Shown in pieces: positions 1 to 18,500 of a DNA stretch of 64,000 bases. Source of the DNA: Paraspadella gotoi (taxonomy: Eukaryota > Animalia > Chaetognatha); assembly GCA_051294375.1 (NCBI GenBank), contig JBJCIZ010000028.1, positions 868,437-932,436 of the forward strand, read 5' to 3'. The position numbers and the translations under genes are program-made. The first letter of the stretch is position 1. Every line of letters begins with the position of its first letter. The notes beneath the pieces are model-generated. The model searched no databases. It had not been told where the DNA came from and worked only from the letters and a program-made list of their open reading frames with translations.

Positions 1-3000
1 GTTCTCTGGTACCACGAGCCCGTGACGCCCGGCGCCTCGGCCCAGCAATTCCTCACGGTTTGGCATCACTCGAGGAACCAGGAGCCGCTCGTCAAGGGCG
101 CCTTCGTCGGGAAGGTTCGCTTGGCGCCCTCCGATCGGGACGGCAAAGCGGCCTTGGAGATTATGGAATTCGACGGTAAAATCATTAGCCTAAAATCTTT
201 TCGTTAAATAATAATTATGAACGATTTATCGATTATTATTTTTCAAATTATTTTCCAGCCACGATGATCGGCCACTTCAAATGCGAAGTCTACTACGAAG
301 ACGCCACCGAATTTTCCGAACGCGCGATGCACGACGTCAAACTGGCACACCTCGGCGATCCCATTCTGCAAAGCGGAGAGTCGCCCGTTAAAGTCATCGA
401 AGGTGCGGTGAAGCCTTTAAAAGACAATTATCAATAATATCTATAATAATAATAACATTTTATAATATATATAAAAAAGGGAAGCCAGTCTCCCTCGCCT
501 GCTCCGTGGACGCCTTTCCTCGCCCGAGCATCGCGTGGAAAATGAACGGAGATCGAATCGATCGAGGCGTCGATTTTCCTGGCGACAACAACAACAACGA
601 CGACGACAAAAAGAAGAAGAGATACGTCTCCACTTTTATTTTGACGCCGAAGAGGAAACATCAAGGGATGGAGATTAAGTGCATCGTTGACGGTGAGATT
701 GAGTTGAGGGCGGGGGGGGGTGGAATAGAGGTCCCAGAAATATCATACATTTATGAAAGTTCCTGATACCTGCAAAGTTTCTTGTGCCAAATTTAGTGGA
801 GAAAACGAATATCACAATAAAAATTTTTCCTGGATGCTCATTATGGATTTTCCACGCCAGTTTTTGCGTTGAACCACTTCCGGTTTTAAAAATTCAAGAT
901 TTTTGGAAATAAATAAGCTGTTATTCAGCCAGCATACTTAAATTAATCAAAATAAAGTTACCAATAACCTTAATATTTACATTTTTTATTTTAGTTTAAA
1001 AATAAGGTTATAAAAATATTATTACAAAAGGCGTCAAGTTAAAACTTCATAATTTTTTTAAGCCAAATTGGCCCTGACCAAACTACTTTACTAATTTTAA
1101 TAAAATTTTACTATCTGGTTAAACAAATAGAACTGTCTAAGGGATCTTAAATCTTTAATCTTTAAACCAAGATATTGGCTTTTAAAAAGATTACCAAGTG
1201 ATGCAAAAAGTAGCGATTAGATGGAAGGCAACTTAGCCTTTGCAGCTAGCAGCCTCTCACTCAACTCTTACCCTAAACCGGGCCCTAAACAAAACCTTAA
1301 TCTTAATCCGTTTCCCTGGCTTGGGATATATAACCTAGCCCTAACCCTAACGTGGGCTTTTTGTCTTACCCGAGCAGACTTTCCCCTAACCTTAACCCAA
1401 GCTTGTGTACTTCCTGCTCAACCTTAACCCCAAACTGGTCCCTGATCCAAACCCTCACCAGTTTCCCTGGCTGGTGAAATCTGCAGAGAGCCACTTCCTT
1501 AGCCCTAACCCTAACCTAGGCCTCCTGTTTTATATCATGCCAGAACCCTAGCCCTGCATCACTCCAGAGCCTCACCACCAACCCTCACATCAGCCTGAGG
1601 TTCACCTCTGAGCCTCAACTCAGGCATCCCTACTTCCCAGCCATCAATAAGGCTAAATTTTAATTCTTAATTTCCTTCCCCAGTACTTTCCCTAACCCTA
1701 ACCCAAGCTTCCTGTCCTTTTCTTAGCCTGTCCAAATTGCAATATCACAATACTTAATCTTGTTATAAGCGAGCTTAGAAAGGCTTGTACTAGGGATATT
1801 AAGATTTGAGGCTTTCAAATAAATAAAAGGCCTCGACTAAGGTTTTGGTTGGGAGAGAGGTTTAGGGTTTGAAAGGTGAAGTGGGAAGGTCTTTGCTAAA
1901 GCCGACCAAGGCCCCAGGGACGCGGGGGCCCTTTTATCTAAATTCCTAGCTTTTCTTTTTGTATCATTTGGCAAACCTTTAAAAAGGCAATAAATAATTT
2001 AAAATCCCTTAGAGAGTTCTATTTATATAACCAAATCATACTTTCTTATACAATCTATTAGAATTTGTAGAGTAATTTGGTCAGGGGACATTTGGCTTAA
2101 AAAAAACTAATATTTATTAATTTGAAGTCTTTCTTAATAATAAATTTTTTAACCTTATTTAAAACCAAAAAAAAAAAATTAGTAAAATAAGTTAATTAAT
2201 AACTTTATTTTGATTATTTAAGTTATGCTGGCGAATAACAGCTCATTTTTTTGTTCCCGCAAAAAAGTCCCTTATTGTGTTTTAAAACGGAATGGTACGG
2301 AGGCCAGGCCGATAAAAACTGGCGGTTGGGAAAATCATCAGAAGGGCATTCCAGAGGGAAACTTTTTTGTTATTATGTATTTATTATAATTGAGGAATAT
2401 AGTATCGTTGCTATCGTCCCGACTAGGAGATTTACTGTGTTGGCACAAGAAACTAGTAGCCGCCAGGATATCGAGACTTTCAAAAAAATTGCAATAGTTA
2501 TTCTTGGGAGCTCTAGGGTGGAACTCTACTAAAGATCACGCTTCGTTGTGATTTTAAACGACAGATATTCTGTTTCGTTGGAACATATAATACTATCACA
2601 TCAATTTTTCACATCCAGCTTACATAATCTTTATAATTTCTTTGACCAAACTTTCTTTTGCAAAATATACTCGCCCTACTTTGTCCAAAAAATATTCTGT
2701 AATTGGATTCAGTATTTAGATCGTGTGGTTCTATTGAGAATCTGATCGGTTTCACCGCTATCCAATTCGTAGACAAATATTTAGTAATCCAAGTGCTTGA
2801 AGACCTATAATATTTTTTTTGCAATATGCTTATTAAATTAATGACAGTCGCAAAACTTTGTTTATCATTTTAATTCGATTAATACGACAAAAATGCCGAC
2901 TTTCACTGTCACATTTACATCGACAAGGACCCGCCATATCCACGGTGCCGAGTCGCGCCTACCAGTGGCCCAACGGGATAACCGTCGCCGCCGCCTTGGA

Positions 3001-5618
3001 GGTTCGCTACCCTCCCGACGAGCCTTACATCACCCTAGAGGATTCCCAGTGGTTTTACGAGGGCACCGTGCTTGCCTTAGGTGGGAACTATTATTCTCTT
3101 AGTACCTTTTAAAGTTTTAATATGTCAGTTTGTGTTTATCTATTTATTTATTTCCTTAGGGTGCACTGTAGCGGATCGCGGATTTCCGCCAGCGACGATC
3201 CGTCTCACTTTTCCAAACTCGCGCTCCGTCGAGACCAAGACGGACTCCGTCGTACACAATAGCTTTAGACTCAGTCCCGTCTACGACCAAGAGAAGGCGA
3301 GTGGCAGTTTAAATATAATGTATTGAAATCTTAAGCTACTTCTCTCTCTAAAATAACAATTCCAAAATGAAATGTTTAAAACTAAACGATTATTTCACTA
3401 TGTTAAAAGTCATTGAAAATTGTAATTTAAAATTCCCAAGAAAAGAGAATTAAAAAAAAAAAAAACCGAGAAATCGTCTAAACTGCTACAATATGCAAAT
3501 GAGATTGAGAGAATTATTTCTTTGCTACTTAAGCAATTAGTGTATCTCTTAATATTCCAGGTGATTTGCGAAGCCGTCTCCCCGGCGAAGGAATTGATTC
3601 GACGACAGGAGAAGACGCTCAAAGTCGCATTCGGTCCCGACGCCGTCGAGATATTCACGGGAGGTCGCGAGGTTTTGTTTGGAAAAGGTAAGTCAACTCA
3701 AAAGTGATTGTGTGCCGGTATATTCACACCACCATCGTTCAGCCAATCCCAATGGGCATCACAGGCAACCCGGCTGTTGCCATATTTGATTGTCTGAACA
3801 GATAGTGAAAGCCCCCATTTTTTATTAGCCGAATTTCATTATGAGATGTATTACGATAGAGGAAAATAGAAAACTCTTAACGATTATAGTATTACTATGA
3901 ATTTGGTACAACCAATATGAGAGAGATTAAATCTCATTTAAGAAATCAATCTCGTACAATGTTATCCTAATTTTCATCCGCAATTCTCCCTCTTCCAAAG
4001 TCGACGCGATCGCCGGCCAACTACTCTCGCTCAACTGCCTCCCTCGCGCCGTCAACCCCGAGGCGGAAATCCATTGGTCCGGCGCCGGAAGCGAGACGCG
4101 CATCGTTAACGAGACTCGCCTCTTGGTAACGCCCACTTGGCGCCAAAACGGCGCCGTCATTCGGTGTCTAGGAAGGAATCCGTATTACTACGGGGTAAGT
4201 CCCAATCTGGTTACCTTATCCTGTTTCTAAATATTCAAAACTAACATTATGCTATTACCTAAATATGCAACTGAAATTCAAATTCTGTATTAACTTTTTT
4301 CGTTCTTATTATTGAATATATTCCACACTTTTCAGATTCCTGACAAAGACGTCAAAGCCTTCGTGACGCTCAACGTTCTCCACAAGCCCGTCTGGAACGC
4401 GTCGAATACCGATCAGGTGAGAGAACCTTCGGAGATTAAGATCAAACGTTGCTTTTTAAATAACGTGGTTCTTATGTTTGTTCCCCCCCCTTTAATTTCT
4501 CCGTTTCAGTCCGTTGTCAAGTCCGCGGGACAGGAGGCGCTGTTAACTTGCGGCGTGACGGCGAATCCCGACGCAGATCTCAAATACTATTGGCAATTCG
4601 ACGGAAAACATCGGGGCATGACGAGAGAAATCAAAGTGAATCGATGGATTTTTGAGTATTTTTAAACGATAAACTCTGGGATTTTTTAAACTAGACTGAT
4701 AAACTCTTTGTTAAAAGCTTGCAATGCGAGCTGCGTGGTCACTTGGTCAGGGAAGAAGGCTTTAAACCCACAATAACCTGTTCATAGTCACTGACTAAAA
4801 TTATTCGATGAACAAGATATCTTGCCAACCTGACTATTAGTCAGGTTGGCAAGATGTCTTGTTCATCGAATAATTTTTATAGCAGTTGTACCAATTTTAA
4901 TAGTCATATGTCAACTGCTTCTCAGTCCAACTCTTTATTATTGCTTCTTGTGCCACTCTCACTTCATTCCTTCCTTCTCTTTCAACTCACCATCCCCTTA
5001 AAATCCCACCCCTCCCCTTAAAGGTCCGCGCCTCGGCCTCCACCTTCGGCGCCTACACCTGCGTCGCCACCAACTCAATCGGCTCCGCTTCCTTCTCCGT
5101 CTCTCTCATCGACGCCGATGTCGTCGCCGCGGCGGCTGCGGCGACGGAGCGGCTCGTCGTCGGCGTCGTCGTCGCCGCGCTGCTGCTGATCGTCGTCGTC
5201 GTCCTTCTCGTTTGTTGGTCTCGAAGGAGGAAGAGTTTGAGGGAGAAGGAAGAAGGTCGAGTTATTTTAACCCGTTAACCATACGATTATAGAATCCATT
5301 GAATCGTTGAATATTCATTTATTTACGATTACAGAGGCGTTNNNNNNNNNNCGAGCCATTCCCGAGATTCACGAAGACTTTTTCCGCTTCGGTCCGTCGT
5401 CCCCCGCCGCTGCGGCAGCCGCCGCGGCAGTCGCCGCCGCCGACGCGGCATCGCGGAACGACGACGCTTACGACGACGACACGCCGCCCAACGCGTCGAC
5501 GCCGAAGAAAGGAAGGGAAGACTGGATGGAAAGAAAAGATCTCTTGGTCGGAGGGGAGAAGGAAGAGGAAGAGGAAAACGCCAACAACCCCTTCACTCCC
5601 TCGCGGCAGAGATTGTGA
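1..5618 (+). CDS. Multi-Ig-domain type I transmembrane adhesion protein (nephrin/Kirrel/CADM-like), 5' partial
   Basis: Phase-consistent exons <1-175, 259-402, 480-692, 2928-3080, 3160-3296, 3561-3687, 4001-4194, 4336-4416, 4510-4635, 5024-5255, 5335-5618. Repeated Ig motifs (GHFKCEV; VSLACSVDAFPRPSIAW; LLTCGVTANP..YYWQF; FGAYTCVATNSIG), then TM helix LVVGVVVAALLLIVVVVLLVCW followed by SRRRK. N-gap in the last exon. Confidence 0.85.
728..2513. mobile_element. Non-autonomous long-TIR (foldback-like) DNA element with telomere-like CCCTAA core, in Ig-gene intron
   Basis: ~728-1215 is an imperfect inverted repeat of ~1950-2513 (gtttcttgtgccaa / ttggcacaagaaac; aaatagaactgtctaagggat / atcccttagagagttctattt). 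Termini are TA|GAGGTCCC ... GGGAGCTC|TA. The interior has ccctaaccctaa arrays and no transposase ORF. Confidence 0.8.
4797..4877. repeat. Near-perfect 40-bp-arm palindrome (hairpin) in intron
   Basis: aaaattattcgatgaacaagatatcttgccaacctgacta-t-tagtcaggttggcaagatgtcttgttcatcgaataatttt; one G:T mismatch, 1-nt loop. Confidence 0.95.
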
Positions 5619-7080
5619 AAAAAGGGGGTTGGGGGAGGCGGGGGGGGTGGCAAAATTATCTAAAGACTTTGACGTAGTACATCGAGCGGGAAAGCAATGT
5701 TTCTCGAAACAAAGTATTGTGGAAGGTTACTATATATATATAATATATAATATATATATCTCCGACGGTCGGGGAATTTGCTCTATCTTTACTCAATTCG
5801 GTTCTCAAACGTCTTTTCATATCTTTTTTTTTTTTTCAAAGGCTGTCGTTGTAATATTGACTAATTTCATGCAAGGGACGCATTTTAAAATCGGGGATAT
5901 CGGATGTCTATCCTCTGATATCTATCCCCTTTCGATTCTTTCGCCGTTTACTCGCTCGAACCTTGATTTAGATTTACTAAATCTCAGGAGATTTGTTTTT
6001 TTTTTTTTGCTCAAGATTTATTCTCAGCTCGTGTTTTTTCCCCCCTTTTTCTTCCGCCCGACCGTCTTGACTCCCACTCGATTATATATTCCAGCGATTT
6101 CTCTCAGTATCCCGCAGTATCCTGCTGTATTATTGTTAACATTTTAATATATATTTTTGCCAAAAAGCTGCCATCATGACTTTCGTATTTAAAAAACCCA
6201 AATCTTCGACATTCCAATCTTGCCATGAATTTATTTTCTGGTTGGGGGGCGCGATATAATTTTGCACGTTGGCTAATAATTGATTAACGTTTTTATCTTG
6301 TACCAATTAGTGACTCGTTTTCTCTTTCTCTCTTTCTCTCTCAGCTTTCGTGATCCTAATGACGGTTCTCTATTCCATTCCTTTACTTTTTTTTGAGGTG
6401 CTCCTTCCTCTTTGCTCACTTTTTTCTGGGATTGATTTTTTTTGTCGCGAATTTCTTGCCGATTTTTTTTTCACGAATTTTTAATTGAGAATCATGCTTG
6501 ATCTGAAAAGTTTGTACGTAATCTCTATTTTTTTCTCAATTTGCTTCTCTATGAACGCGTTGTTACATATTATTAATCGTCTACTAATCCTATGCTAATA
6601 GCGATTGTGATTTGCGTTGTGAAATGTAATTACATTTTTTACAAAATGTATCGCGAGTTTCCAGATTATTATTGAAAACAAAATAAAATAAAAATAATCT
6701 ACAAAATTGAATCGTCTTCTCATTTTTCTCGTTTCCTTTTTTCAGCCCAATAAAAAAAAAACCCCGGCAAGCAGCTACAATAAACTAGTAAACCAAATAA
6801 ACAGAGAAAAACCGCTACTCGCCAGTTGATAATTCGCTTTTTTCAATTTATATGTGATACTCACTGCATTCGCCCAACCCATTATGATAAACAAAATTTA
6901 AAACAAAACAAAACAAAAAAAAAACTTAACAAGAGATAAAAATTGTGGGTAACGAAGTTTCTAATCAGTTTTTTTTAGCTTCTGTGATTACACCTACTTT
7001 AAAAAAAAAAAAAAAATCGATTCTCAAATTCCCTGAAAAAGAAAAACTAATACTCTCCATCTACGACGACAAAGACGACG

Positions 7081-12491
<5,411 letters not shown>

Positions 12492-13181
12492 TGGAGGGAG
12501 GAGAGAGATAGAGAGAAACGTTAAGAAGATGAGAAGAGAGAGAGCCTGAGAGGGAGGGTAAGAGAGGAAATGAGATAAAAAAAAATAAGTTAAAAGTTTC
12601 GTCATAAGGACCACATTCAAATCTTTGGATTCTCGTCCTTCGATCGACCGAGTGCAATTCGGGATCTTTTCGCAATCAACGTCCACCGCTTTGACCGTAA
12701 ACAAACCGAAAAAAACTTTTTTTTTCTTGCGAAGTTAAAAAAAAAGGTTGCAAAAAGGCGTAAGTTTAGCGACGCTGTATTTATATGTATTCGCTAGTCA
12801 CTTAAAAAAATATTTTTACCTTTTACGGATTATTCTTTTTTCTCTCGTTTTAAATCGAAGCCATTCCTCGTATGTAATTCCTTTTATTTTTCAACGCTTC
12901 GCGCACCATTTAGTTTATTGTTTTAGAATCGTTTTTATCGTTTTTTTTTCTAAATGCTTCACCAGTCTTTTTTTTTGTCGCTGATAATTATTTTTTTGTT
13001 ATATCGAGGTTTGTGATATTATTATCCGTACAACCAACAACCGAAAAAAATACTTAATTCGTATTGAATGTTGCATTTCTAAGGCTTTTATACATTTTTT
13101 TTGGCTAAGCAGTTATTTTGTCGAGTTTAAAACGTGTTTTATACTAAAAACGAGACGATACATCATTTTTATCTTTGACAA

Positions 13182-15134
13182 ATGGCTCTCAGGATCGGCC
13201 TTAAGGGACTGGTAAGTGATTGGTTATTGTTTCGTGGTATTGTTTACGTTGGATATTCCTTACGATGACGTCTTGATATTTTGACATTCTTCCAGACTCT
13301 GTCTCGGTCTGCATCCTCGGCCTTCCGTCGCCGCGGTTTCGCCGAGATGCCCTTGATCTTCGGCACGCCAAACGAGTGAGAGAAAGGAAGAGAGAAAGAC
13401 TGAATGAATGAACGAACGAACGAACGAATGAACGAACGAACGAATAAACGAACCAGACAAAGAAAGAAATAAATCAATTACGCAATAAAGAAAGAAATGA
13501 ATCAATTGCGCAATAAAGAAAGAAATGAATTAGACACTAAAGAAAAAAAATACAGAGAGAGAAAGAAGTCAATCAATCAATCAATCAATCAATCAATCCG
13601 TATCAGGGCTTTTTACGAAGACGTTGAGGTGAAGCAGATCGACGTCAACTCCTTCAGCGGGGCCTTCGGGATTCTGCCCAATCACGTGCCGACAATGGCG
13701 GCGCTGGCGCCAGGCATTGTGAGTCTATATCATCGGTTAAAGATGTTAAAGGTGTTTTGGAATTTAGATCCAATAAGTAGAATGGAGTATATCACTTTGA
13801 TACTGGATAAGATTCCCAGTTTTAGTCTGAACCGTACCTTTTTTAGTATTTTTTTCATCCCTAACTCAATTTCTGTCTGCCATTGTGTGCGGATTAAATT
13901 AAGTAAAGTAAGATTAGAAAGTAAACTTCGAAATCACGCATATTCGAAGATCAAATAAGAAACGCAAAGAAGGATCTTCGGTTGAGCGCATCTGCAATGA
14001 GATGGAGGCAAAGGGAAGGATGGAATGAAGGAAAGAAAGGAGTTGATTAAAATCGCCGAATTTATTTCGCACATCGGAGGAATTGATTAAAACTTAGCAT
14101 ACTGTGTAGTGGGTACTCGATCTGGCATGATGTCAGACCGTTTTTGCCAGTCAAAAAAATGAACTGGCATATAGCGTACAATCTGGCATAATTTTATCAT
14201 ATTCTTAATTTTAACAAAGATTAAGTATTATGGCGAAGTGGATAGCAAATGAAGGGATACAGGATTTACCAGCCAAAATATGGTAGAAATGGCCACTACA
14301 GAATTTCCTATCGACAGCATTGGAAAAAGTATGAAAAACTTACGGAGGCTTTGATGTCTTGTTACGTCAGATACTGATTATTAATTTTTATTATGGTTCA
14401 ACCAAATGTGAGATTTTTTTTCCTAAAAAGTTATAAAAATTGGTGAAGACATTTATATCGGGGAATGATGATGTCATGAGTAATATTTGCTTACGAATTT
14501 TCTAAAAATTGTTTTTATTATAAATTGAGTATCTTTCGAGCAATGCTCATTTAATGGATGAGCTTTACGCTAAAAAAACCGAAAAATAACTAAATAACCA
14601 AATTTATTTTCGAATACCTTAAGAGATATACCAGTCCAATAGAATTTCGATGTCGCAAGATTTATAAGTTTCCAAATCAACCTCCGAAAAGTTCCCGAAA
14701 CTATTAAAAATTTTGCGTAACTGCAACATGCAAATGAGTTTAAAATCCAAGAAATGCCTTATTTCCGAGTTAAAACCCTCTTTTTCCTTCTCACCAGGTG
14801 ACGGTCTACCAAGCGGACGGGAACAACGTCAAGTACTTCGTCTCCAGCGGAACCGTCTCCGTCCACGAAGACTCCTCCGTCCAACTCCTCGCCGAGGAAG
14901 CCTGTCTTCTCTCCGACATCGACGTGAGTAAAACGTTATTAATTAATTAATTATTAATTCCCTTTAATAATTAATTATTTATCTACTTACTTGGTCTTCC
15001 AGCCCTCGGCAGCCAAGGAGGCCCGGTCTCAGGCCGAATCCCAACAGAACAGCGGGAAGGACGACTTCGAAAAGGCAAAAGGGCGAATCGCCTTCGAGAC
15101 GGCCGACGCTATCGTCAAAGCGCTCGGGGCCTGA
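13182..15134 (+). CDS. ATP5F1D: Mitochondrial ATP synthase F1 delta subunit
   Basis: Exons 13182-13211, 13296-13375, 13607-13718, 14798-14923, 15003-15134. Arg-rich presequence MALRIGLKGLTLSRSASSAFRRRGFAE; VKQIDVNSFSGAFGILPNHVPT; KYFVSSGTVSVHEDSSVQLLAEEA. Confidence 0.96.
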
Positions 15135-15570
15135 ATGGGGGTTGGTCAAAGACTGAGGAGGCCTGACCGGGAAGGGGGGGGGCCTTAATTTAATACCTCA
15201 AGCGTCTAATGTGATACCCTAGTATATTAATTACGTCCTCGGATGTATCAGATTTTTTAAAACAAAGCCAATTTCTCGAATCTCCAATTTTGATCCCAAA
15301 AAATGTTATATGTTAATGTCTAAATTACACGTCGAATGTGATACCATTGGATCTCGTTAGTTATTTACATTTTTCAGCGACAAAGAAAAATCGTAGTAGA
15401 TTTTTAGTTGAAAAGACGAATTGATTTTTCAACGAATGTGAAACTTGAGATGAAGATCGAGGATTTGTGAGAATTAGATACGTGATTTCTTCACTTCGCC
15501 CGCCGTTTTGTTTTGAGGATGAAATAAATACAACGATCTAACAATACCAAAATTCTCTCCAACGTTCGCC

Positions 15571-18500
15571 ATGGAAAATCGGGAAACGTCGCGAACTCCT
15601 TTCGATCACCCTTCGCTGCAACCGCAGACGCAGCGACGAACCTCGCAGCCGGAACTCGCCAACCCGGCCGCGGCTGCCGCGGCGGCGACGGCGCGGGACG
15701 AGATCGAGGATTTGCTCGACTCTCTCCAACCGGAATCCCTGCGGCGGCGTCGAGAACGGACCGAGGACGACGCCGAATCGGATGTCGACGCCGGAAATCG
15801 ATCCTTCGCCTCGCCGAAAAACTCTTCGACCGAACGGCGCCGGGAATCGAGTCTCGACGAAGGACGTCACGTCGTCGGACGAGAATCTCGCGACGGACGA
15901 ACGCGGCATCGATCGGGCGACGGCGCTTCCAAATCCTCGCCGCCGTTGGAGGCGGCTGCGGGGGCGGGGCTGCTGCAGCGGGAAGTGGCCCTTCATCCGT
16001 CCGAAGGGAGGAGCTCGATTCCCAGGATAGCGTCCTTACCTCTTTCCAATCAGCATTGGGTGAGGCACTCTTGAGTCCTCGGTCGTTTCGTGATCAAAAA
16101 TTTTGTCTAAATCTCGCTTACAGATAAGTTTGAATATTGGAAGTAAATGATCGTTGACGAGCCGTCATTAGTCAAGAGGCAGAAGTAGCTTATGGTAGAT
16201 TAAAATCCAGTAACCGTTTTCAGCGGTCATTGAAGCCGAGCCCAGTGGCCACCTTGCAAAGTGAATTGGAGCTCTTAACCCGCCTGTCTCTAGGTTGGTG
16301 CTTCAGCCTGATCCGGAGCTAAGGGAACCGCTATCGACTATCGATTGAAATGCACAGGGAAATGATACTGAGATTGGGTTTAAAAAAAAAAATCCGAAGT
16401 GACATCTGCTTCCTCCTCGCTTTGCGCCAATTCCATTTCTCTCCTTCCCCCCCCCCTTACTCAGTTGGGTCCCAGCGTGCAAAACAGCGGGCATCACCGC
16501 CTCAACTCCACCACCGGCGCCGCCTCTCACTCGGGCGCCGCCGCCGCAGCCTCTTCTCAATCCCCCAACCCGTCCAGCCTTCCGTCGGTCCCGATCTCGG
16601 GTCAGGCCACCGGCCAATCGGGTCACGTTTGCTCGCAGCTGATGGCGCCGGCTGGAGGCGTCGGCGGCGTCGGCGGAATGGGAGACTCGGAAGCTCGAGG
16701 TTAATTTAGTTAATTTTTTTAGGGGTTTGTTTTTCGTGCTCCCTTTTTTTTTTAAATCGAACAATGACCACTAAAGTTCATATATTTTCCTTCAAACTTA
16801 TGGACTCGTATGTTAATTGAAGCGAAATTTATTTTTATAAGTTTCTCGGTTAATAAAATTTTTAGTGAGCCATTTTTTATCATTTGACCTACTATCAATT
16901 GGAAACATTGTGTATGATTTATTCTGGAATCAGAGAAATATATTTCTCAACTTTATTTCAGAACAAAAATAATTTTAATTAATTTAAACTTTAGCAGAGA
17001 TGGAAATATACAGTATGCAAATGAGATTAAGCCGCTCAATCGCTTGTTTTTAAAACTAAACATGAATTTCTGTGCCACAACCATATCCAAATAAGAAAAA
17101 AGGACTCAATTTCTCTCATAATCTCTAATTGCCTCTATATTCCCTCTTCCCTCAAGTCGGTCCCTCGCCCCACCCTCCGCCCCCACTCTCCCACGCCGCC
17201 TTTCCCGAGATCGGCGCGGGTTCCTCGGCCATCTCCAACGAGTCTGTCCTCAACGCCCGCATCGCATCTCTCTTCGATCGACCCGAACTTGCCGACGTCA
17301 CTCTCATTGTTGGGGGGCAAAGGTGGTCGGATGGAGGGGGGGAGGTGGTGGGGGTGTGTTTGTTAATTGGTTTTTTTTTTTATACAGAGAGTTATTTAGT
17401 TTTGTTGTAACTGGGGAACGAGATCGGCTCATTTGTAGTCCTACGTGAAGCGTGAGGACAAGCCGTAAACCGTCTTGGGGTCGTGGAAAACCCTTAAGCC
17501 TGCTTCAAAGCCCTGGACACGTTCCATAGCTGCAAGAGGGGGTTAAAGAAGTTGCAGATAACACTCTTCAGCCCACTTAGCGCCTTATTTACACTTTATT
17601 TGATAATTTTTTTTTTTTTCTGAAAGAAAACAGACCAAACTAATAATTGCGGGAATGGTTGCAAAAAGATCCTATGTCAACAATAAACGTCAACAAAAAA
17701 GTAAAAGTAAAAATAGATCAGGGGAAACTCCGTCCACTTGAGACGGCAACTTAAACACGGGACTTCGGGAAGCAAGCATGTCCCCATTCTCGCGCTGAAG
17801 GCAGACAGAAAGTCTCTCAAAGTGCTTTGACGTTTTGCCAATGTCTAAGCCTGCATTCGTTGCTTGGAGTTTGGCGAAGTCTTTTAGGTTTGAGAGAGCA
17901 TCCAGATCCCACGCCCCGAAGGTAGTGACGACCAATGGGATGAAGCCCACGTCGGCCGGGTTGTGCAAGAGGGCTCAAGAGGAGTATATTGGAAAATTTC
18001 TGTATGAAGCCGAATTTTCTTTCTTGAAAAAAGATCGCGTACAGTTGTGGCAGTTTGCATTTAGATGCAGTAGTGCCAGTTTGCTTTCGTGGTATTCAAA
18101 GTCTCTCTTAACCTTTTCACCCTATCTATCTCCCCATATTACTTCACTCCTTCAGATTCGAGGCGCACCGTCTCATCCTCGCCGCGGGCAGCCCCGTCTT
18201 TAGAGTTATGCTCCTCAGCTCCGCTTGGCAAGATTCGCGCCAGCGGGAGATTGAACTCGAGGAGCGGAAGGAGTGCGTACCCGTCTTCGCTCTCTTTTTG
18301 AGATACTTTTACACTGGTGAGAGAGAGAGAGATTAATCGTTTTACAATTCTTTAATTTTTATCGCGTCGATCTTAAAAAAAAACGATTTAACAATCGGAC
18401 GATATATCATAATAACAACGACTAGCGCTTGTTAACTATTCATTATTAAAAGTAATCTTTTAATTGGTACCATGATGGAAAAAAATGTCGCGGTTTTGCT

